Origin: Marsupella aquatica
Lineage: Eukaryota > Plantae > Marchantiophyta
Direction of reading: 5' to 3'
Length of the DNA: 64,000 bases
NCBI GenBank assembly: GCA_973895155.1
Contig: OZ316891.1
Location: forward strand, 23,683,899-23,747,898
Below are positions 60,036 to 64,000 of this stretch, piece by piece (position 1 is the stretch's first letter; every line of letters starts with the position of its first letter). Under the pieces are notes generated by a model. That model was given only the letters and a program-made list of their open reading frames with translations, did no database searches and was not told the DNA's origin. The position numbers and the translations under genes are program-made.

Positions 60036-63000
60036 AGTCATACTGCTAGCTTACCTTTGTCAATCTCAATGCCCTTCTTTGATACCTTGTGACCTAGTAG
60101 CACCCCCTCGGTTACTGCAAAGAAACATTTATCTGGGTGTAACTTGAGACCTACCTCTCTACATCTCATGAAGGTTTTCCTGAGATATTTAGCATGTTTC
60201 GATGCCTTCCCGAATACTGCAAAGTCATCAATGAAGATTTCCATGACCTTTCTCAAGTAATCATGGAAAATGTTCACCATCAATCGTTGAAACATAGCTG
60301 GTGCGTTACAGAGTCCAAATGGCATACGATTGAAGACATAGATCCCCCATTCCGTGATGAAGGCTGTCTTGATTTGGTCTTCCTGCCGAATCCTGATTTG
60401 GTTATAACCAGAGTACCCATCCATGAATGAATATAGTTCATGACTGGCTACCATGTCTAGTACCATATCAGTAAAGGGTAAGGGAAAATGGTCTTTTAAC
60501 GTCGCTTCATTCAGTTTCCTGTAATCCTGACAAACCCGGATCTTGGGTTTACCATCGGGTCCAGCTTTCTTGGGAACTATCACAATTGGAGACACCCAGT
60601 CTGAATGCAGGACTGGAGTGATGAATCCAGCTTCCACTAGTTTGTCGATTTCCGTTTTGACCAGCAGGGAATACTTCAGGTTCATCCTTCGAATTGGTTG
60701 TCGAAATGATTTGGCCCCTAACATGAGATCGATTCGGTGTTCTCCTAGTTTTGGGTCTACTCCCTTTAGATCTTGGTGACTCCATGCAAACACATCCTGA
60801 AATTCAATCAATAAGTCACTGATCTTTTTCTCGAGCTCAGGTGCTAGGTTTCTCCCTAAATTCAGTTCCCTTCCCTCTCCTAAGTCTAGCTTCCGATATT
60901 GCCGTGCTTGGATCATATTAATCTGCTTCTTCAAATTCAGGTCCAGCTCGGCTTTCAGTCTCTCCAGTCTCATACCTCCATAAACTGGAATCTCGGCTGT
61001 ACTAGCCGAGTCGGTTTCTACCTTGGTGCCCACAGATTGTCCCCTTGCCGGTCTATGCGGTTTTGAATTGTTTGTTCGCTTCCCATCCTGACTCGGCTCT
61101 GGATTCTGTCTGTGCATCTCATCCACCTCTTCCTCCTGAGTGTCAGGCCGCTGTGCTCTCCCGGCTTCTAATAGGGCCTTAATTTGTTCTACCCTCGTAA
61201 TCGGCTTGTATGCCGATCCCTTGGTATTTAATTCCTTGCCGATGATCGATGGCGTTGTGAACCCTGCCGGCTCTGCCACAACGCCTGCAAAAAATCCCCT
61301 ATCCCTGCTATTGCTCCCCACTTAGCCGTTTCAACCAATTGGTCTACATCCTTTACTTCCTCTGGAATTGCAGCTAAAAAGGTGGATTCTATTGTAAAGC
61401 AGTCCTCGACTTCTTCGTCTTCTTCTTCCAAGTCACCTTCCATAGGTTCTTGCCATAGTCCGTTGGGGGATACCTCTGGTCCAAAGACACTTTCTTCGGT
61501 TTGGTCAGCGAGGCATTCTAGCCAACGTACTTCATCGGCTGACTCCAGTCCACTGTCGTACCCGTCTACCTCCCTGATGCTTCTTCTGCGGTCATCCTTG
61601 GTATCCCAGGATATCGTGATAGAGGGGGTCCCAAAAGTGAACTCCTTCTTACCCCAATCCTCTATTACCTTGGCTAGGTATAGCCACGGCCTACCAATCA
61701 ATAGCCGGAATGACGTAGGATTTACCGGCTTCATTACTACATAGTTAATGCTAAAGAAGATACCTCCTATCTCTGTCTTGATGCCGGTTAACACTCCCGT
61801 GGGAATGACCTGATATCCATTGGCCATGTTCAACACTCTTCCAGTCATCTCCGGTGTTAGACCCCACCCTTTTGCTGTTGAATCAATCATAATACATACC
61901 CCTGATCCTCCATCAATGGGTACCCGTAGTAATAATTCTCCTTGAATCATTAATGGTAAAGCGGGGGCTCCTTGATCTTCTTCTATCATCAGCACGTCGG
62001 ATCTGGTCGCTACCTTGGGTAATCTCGGCTTGCCGAGAATTGCCTTTCTTAACTGCTTCCGGAAGTACGGGCTATTTTTCAATAGCTGACCAACTGTTGC
62101 CGAGACTCTAGATTCTAGTACATCTTTAGCCAGGTCATAGGGAACTATCGGCTTCTCTAGTGGTGTCTCCATCTTGGATTCGGCCTGTTTTTTCACGCTA
62201 GTCCCCACAGCTGTTGGATCCTCCGAAGCAAACAATGCTTTTGCTCGTTCCACATCCTTGGCTATGGCTTCAGTGTTCTCCAGGGTTTCTAATTCTCGCA
62301 GCTGTTCCTTAACACTAGCTGTAATAGAGGGGTAGAACAACTTAGGGTGATCTCGATTGAAATCGCTGTCCTGTGAAGGATTGGGGTCACTGGTGAGCTC
62401 ATGGCTTACCTGTGTTGCCGGCGCCTTTCCTTCTCCTTCCGTTGATGTCGACAAAGAGTCAATCTTCTCTTCTTTATCCTTCCCTTTATTTTTGGCTAGC
62501 CCATCCCACCTTTCCTTCCTTCTGGTTGATTGAGTAGAGACCCGGTAGCAATCATGATCCATATCCTCTTCTGAAAATGTTGATAGGGCCTCGGTCTCAT
62601 CATCAGATGGTCCAAACTCTGCCTCGGCATCCACTTGCCATCCGAGCTCGATGTGGTTGATTTGAACTCCTCCTAGGGTAGTACCTGGCGGCAAGACCTT
62701 GACCGGCAAAAGTTTATGATTTGCGGCCAATCCTGCCAACCAAGTAGGACATTGTCCTAGCATATGACCTTCCTGTCGGCATCCCATACATAGCTGAGCT
62801 GGTTGTCCATCACCCTGTTTGCGTGCATTCGGGCATTCTCTAGCAAAATGGCCAGGTTGACCACAATTATAGCATGCCGCAAATCTCTGCACATTCGGCC
62901 TAGGAGGTACTGACGGATTCTGAATAATCCGAGGATACATCTCTCCCGGATTGTTCCTTAATCCTGACCACAGGGATGCAGGTCTGTTGGATAGGTCTCG

Positions 63001-64000
63001 CGCTCCAGTCTCACTGATGCCGAAAACACTATCAGCGGCATCTCCTAAAAAGTACTCTACTTCTCCCTGACACGGTCTGATCTCGGCCACATGCCGAACA
63101 TGATTAGTATTAAGTTTAGGACACGCATCTTTATGGTGTCCGGTTTTATAACATAAGGCACACCATACATAGCTATCCTCCTGTACTACCTTCTTCTTCG
63201 GCTTTACCTCTGCAATTATAGCCTTAAGTCGCTCGGTAAGGGCCACGATGTTATCTGGTGGCTTAGCCTCCAGCTTGACTTTCGTCTTCCCTCTTCTTCT
63301 GCCCTTCCTTTTCCTAGTTTTTTCTTCTTCAGAACTAGAAGATGACTCACTCTTGCTACCTCCACTATCCGAGCTTGAGTTATCACTTCTTGACTTCTTA
63401 GAATGTTTCTTTTTCTTATCCTTTTTCTTATGGGGTGATCCCTCCTCTGATGAGGAACTCTCAGACTTAAGCTGTTTCTTCCGGCTTGTGATATCTGCAT
63501 TAATGTATAATTGAATATCCTTAATTGTATCGGCTAAAGTCTCCGGGTTCTCCTTCCTAATTGCAAAACTCATCTTCTGTGGCAAAGCATTCACCAACCA
63601 TTGATGCATTGGTCTTTGTACGTCTTACCAGTTTCTGAAAGCGTTGCAAGAACTTCCTGAAGGATTTGTTCTCCTTGAACCGAAGTCGTCCTAACTTCAG
63701 CACTGCTAGTTCTGAAGTTCCAATGGGTCGAAACTCCTTAACAAAGAGCGTTCTGAAGATATCCTAGATGGCTTGATCTTCCACATCTAATGCTCTGTAC
63801 CAAGGCCTAGCCTCACCCTTGAACAGGCCGGGAAGAATCTGCATCTTGATGGCCGATTCTCCATTTGCTGTAGCGGTTCCCTCGAAATCATCCAACCATT
63901 CGTCTGGATCCTCATCTCCTCTCCCATGAAATGCCTTATAATGTATGCGCAACCGTTGGCTCAGTCTGGTCCCGGGCCTCTCGTCTGGCCGTGCCTCTGG
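60036..64000 (-). mobile_element. Second family A internal region (gag-PR and RT N-half), cut in RT by the MTase element
   Basis: ORFs 61228-63609 and 60038-61321 match 48662-51649 and 47490-48755. RT is interrupted at ...GKLAV|W. Confidence 0.92.

Overview
Eukaryotic, almost certainly plant-type heterochromatin (a non-seed plant or streptophyte alga is my inference). The window is made almost entirely of nested Ty3/Gypsy LTR retrotransposons, and I recognise no host gene. Three results stand out. (1) The dominant non-chromovirus family ('A') has giant ~4.66-kb LTRs (TGTGATGCC...CACCACA) that themselves encode a ~1,200-aa protein with a plant-mobile-domain/Transposase_32-like region plus a long coiled coil. 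A solo LTR at 13169-17825 (ATAAT target-site duplication) keeps this ORF intact, and two other families ('B', 'C') carry diverged homologues in the same position. (2) A different Gypsy element at ~53100-60035 carries a C5 DNA cytosine methyltransferase domain between protease and RT and a PHD finger after integrase, all in one reading frame broken only by six point stops. (3) Family A separates gag-protease from RT-RNaseH-integrase by a conserved candidate -1 frameshift signal (G GAU UUU plus a hairpin). Also present are two unrelated solo LTRs with TSDs, a split DNA-transposase remnant and short tandem repeats. Family labels and domain names come from motif reading only; no database search was run.
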